DNA of 64,000 nucleotides from Candidatus Latescibacterota bacterium (GTDB lineage Bacteria > Latescibacterota > UBA2968 > SICM01). The notes below the pieces were generated by a model, which saw only the letters and a list, made by a program, of their open reading frames with translations, ran no database searches and had not been told where the DNA came from. The position numbers and the translations under genes are program-made. The stretch covers positions 3,488,001 through 3,552,000 of the forward strand of contig CBDCJO010000002.1 of NCBI GenBank assembly GCA_965217865.1, given 5' to 3'. Below, piece by piece: positions 61,931-64,000 of the stretch (position 1 is its first letter; every line of letters begins with the position of its first letter).

Positions 61931-63130
61931 ATGGACAATCTAGAGACCATCTACGCGGACTATCAGGCGACTACGCCGGTTGATCCACGTGTCTTGACAA
62001 AGATGGCCCCCTGTTGGGGCAGCTCATTCGGCAACCCTCACTCAAGCGACCACGTAATCGGCTGGCGAGCAGACAAAGCTGTTCAGGAATCGGCCGCATC
62101 CGTAGCGGCGTTGATAGGAGCCGACGCCGATGAAGTGATCTTCACGTCCGGCGCCACCGAAGCTAACAATCTTGCCTTGCTCGGTCTTGCGCGGGGGGCG
62201 GGGGGCGGCCGTCGGCGGGTTCTAGTCAGCGCAATAGAACACAAGTGCGTCTTAGGTGCCGCACGGGCTCTGTCCGCAGTTGAAGGATTCACTGTCGAGA
62301 CCATTTCAGTGGACGGGGAGGGATTTATCGACTTCGATGAGTTGGAACAACGCTTAGACGGAGATATTCTCCTTCTTTCCGTAATGGCAGTGAACAACGA
62401 AGTTGGGACGATTCAGGACATTCCGAGGATCGCCAAACTGCTCGCACCCCACGGTGTATTGTTTCATTGTGATGCTGCGCAAGCACCCTGCGCCATGGAC
62501 GTGAGTGAGTTTGCCACGCATACCGATCTGATGAGTCTTTCGGGGCACAAGATGTACGGCCCACAAGGGATCGGGGCATTGTACATTCGCCGTGATCTCA
62601 AAGTGTTGATGGAGCCATTGTTCTACGGTGGTGGGCAGCAGGAAGGCTTGCGTTCTGGGACCGTTCCGATGCCACTCTGCGTCGGAATGGCTGAAGCATC
62701 CGAGATCATTGCCGACGACGACGCGGAAAAGGAGCGCACAAGGATCGGTCGGCAGCGCGATTCATTCATTAGCCTGCTCCAAGGCGGGAATTCATCGGCC
62801 ACAGTAAATGGACCGATTGGCGAGCGGCGTCATCCGGGCAACGCCAACATTTGCTTTGACGGCTTCGATGCGCGAGACATACTTGGCGTCCTTCAGCCTC
62901 GGCTCGCCGCATCCGCCGGTGCTGCATGCGCTTCTGGCATTCCCAAGCCGTCGCACGTACTACGTGCACTTGGTCTGACTACAGTGCAGAGCGATGCTTC
63001 CATCCGCTTCAGCTTTGGCCGGTTCACGTCCTTCGAAGATATCGAAGATGCTGCACACTTAGTTGAAGGCGCTCTTGCCACGCTTTCTTCCACTCGGGGC
63101 TTGTGTCCTTGTCCCGCACCGCCTGCATGA
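61931..63130 (+). CDS. sspA: IscS-like cysteine desulfurase of the Ssp cluster
   Basis: DYQATTP, FTSGATEANN, EHK, NNEVG, SGHKMYGP (PLP Lys), SAGAAC (catalytic Cys); divergent from sspB. Confidence 0.88.
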   Translation: MDNLETIYADYQATTPVDPRVLTKMAPCWGSSFGNPHSSDHVIGWRADKAVQESAASVAALIGADADEVIFTSGATEANNLALLGLARGAGGGRRRVLVSAIEHKCVLGAARALSAVEGFTVETISVDGEGFIDFDELEQRLDGDILLLSVMAVNNEVGTIQDIPRIAKLLAPHGVLFHCDAAQAPCAMDVSEFATHTDLMSLSGHKMYGPQGIGALYIRRDLKVLMEPLFYGGGQQEGLRSGTVPMPLCVGMAEASEIIADDDAEKERTRIGRQRDSFISLLQGGNSSATVNGPIGERRHPGNANICFDGFDARDILGVLQPRLAASAGAACASGIPKPSHVLRALGLTTVQSDASIRFSFGRFTSFEDIEDAAHLVEGALATLSSTRGLCPCPAPPA

Positions 63131-63144
63131 TGCGGCGGCGCTGG

Positions 63145-64000
63145 GCGCCGTTTGGTATCAAAGACGGCCTTCTGCCGGTGCTGGCCGTGGCGTTCCTCCT
63201 ATCGCAGTGTGGGACACTGGCCTTCTACCGTCTGGGCGTTTTCCAAGCGCGCGTGTCTGATCTGGACATTGACTATCTTGCCAAGGACCCGGCCGATATT
63301 CAGCTGCGATGGATGGATCTCTCAGACATGTCGCGTCGGATCTTGTCCGAAATGGCCGATATCGTGCGCGAATTGGACGAGGAAAATTCACTCGCACACC
63401 TCGAGCCGATAGATGTAGCCAAGGGTCTAGTGGCAATCTATGACCGATTGCCGCCCTGGGTGGGACGGACGCAACGGCTTTCGGGCAATGCCAAGCGCAT
63501 ACGGCAGCTGTTCAAGCAAGCCAACGACCCCAATAAATTGATCTTCGACGACATACCTAAGGTGCTAAACGGCTGTCCAGTCGCACGTGAGGAGACAGCC
63601 ACCCGCCAAATTGCAGACCAAGTTCGGGATGGTTTGACGGAGTTGCGGCAAGCATATCCAACATTACTCAACCGAATGAGGGAAACGCTGCTTGCGGAAT
63701 TGCAAGTACCTAATGCCTCGGCATCGATGCTAGCTGAATTGCGCGCCCGCGCGACGAACATCCGAGAGCTCGGCGGTGATCATCGTCTGGAGGCTTTTAT
63801 CATTCGTCTTGCGCAGTTCCAAGGACGAGACGAGGACATGGAGGGTTTGGCCAGCATGGCTGTCAATAAACCTCCACGGGATTGGGTTGATCCCGACGTG
63901 GATCGTGCTGCGGTCGAGCTTGCCGAACTGGCGCAAAGGTTCATTCGCGCCGAGGCGTTCGCCCGCGTCAAAGGCCGCCAGGACAAGCGACACGCTATGG
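63145..64000 (+). pseudogene. sspC: second, divergent SspC C-terminal fragment (runs off window)
   Basis: PFGIKDGLLPVLAVAF...; inverted homologue of about 59994-60843 with mostly third-position differences. Confidence 0.8.

Overview
A 64-kb bacterial window that reads as a dense mosaic. A few intact core or cell-envelope genes (TonB-dependent receptor, TPR-GWxTD protein, glnB-glnE, ABC substrate-binding lipoprotein, M24 peptidase) sit among many insertion sequences and IS fragments (IS3, IS1182-like, IS110, ISL3, IS630, IS256, IS200, IS1380), a group II intron 5' remnant, an attC site, a MITE and many defence-type genes, most of them abruptly truncated (type I R-M hsdM/hsdS, Avs-like STAND NTPases, a type II REase, a type IIG-like MTase, DprA+PRTase, Ssp phosphorothioation genes). 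GWxTD-TPR, dockerin-like DFDGDG tails and WD40 style suggest a Latescibacterota/Poribacteria-like host (inference). Best leads: (1) an intact ubiquitin-like/E2-like-E1/DUF6527 operon whose Ubl lacks a C-terminal Gly; (2) an adjacent ECF sigma-HTH-IrrE metallopeptidase module flanked by a repeated 18-bp promoter-like motif; (3) a predicted double-pseudoknot leader RNA that hides the RBS of the gene at 8594; (4) a UxxC selenoprotein redoxin that the ORF track splits in two. The many abrupt junctions could be real decay or chimeric assembly, so cross-junction gene neighbourhoods need read-level checking. All family assignments come from motif recognition by eye; no database searches were run.
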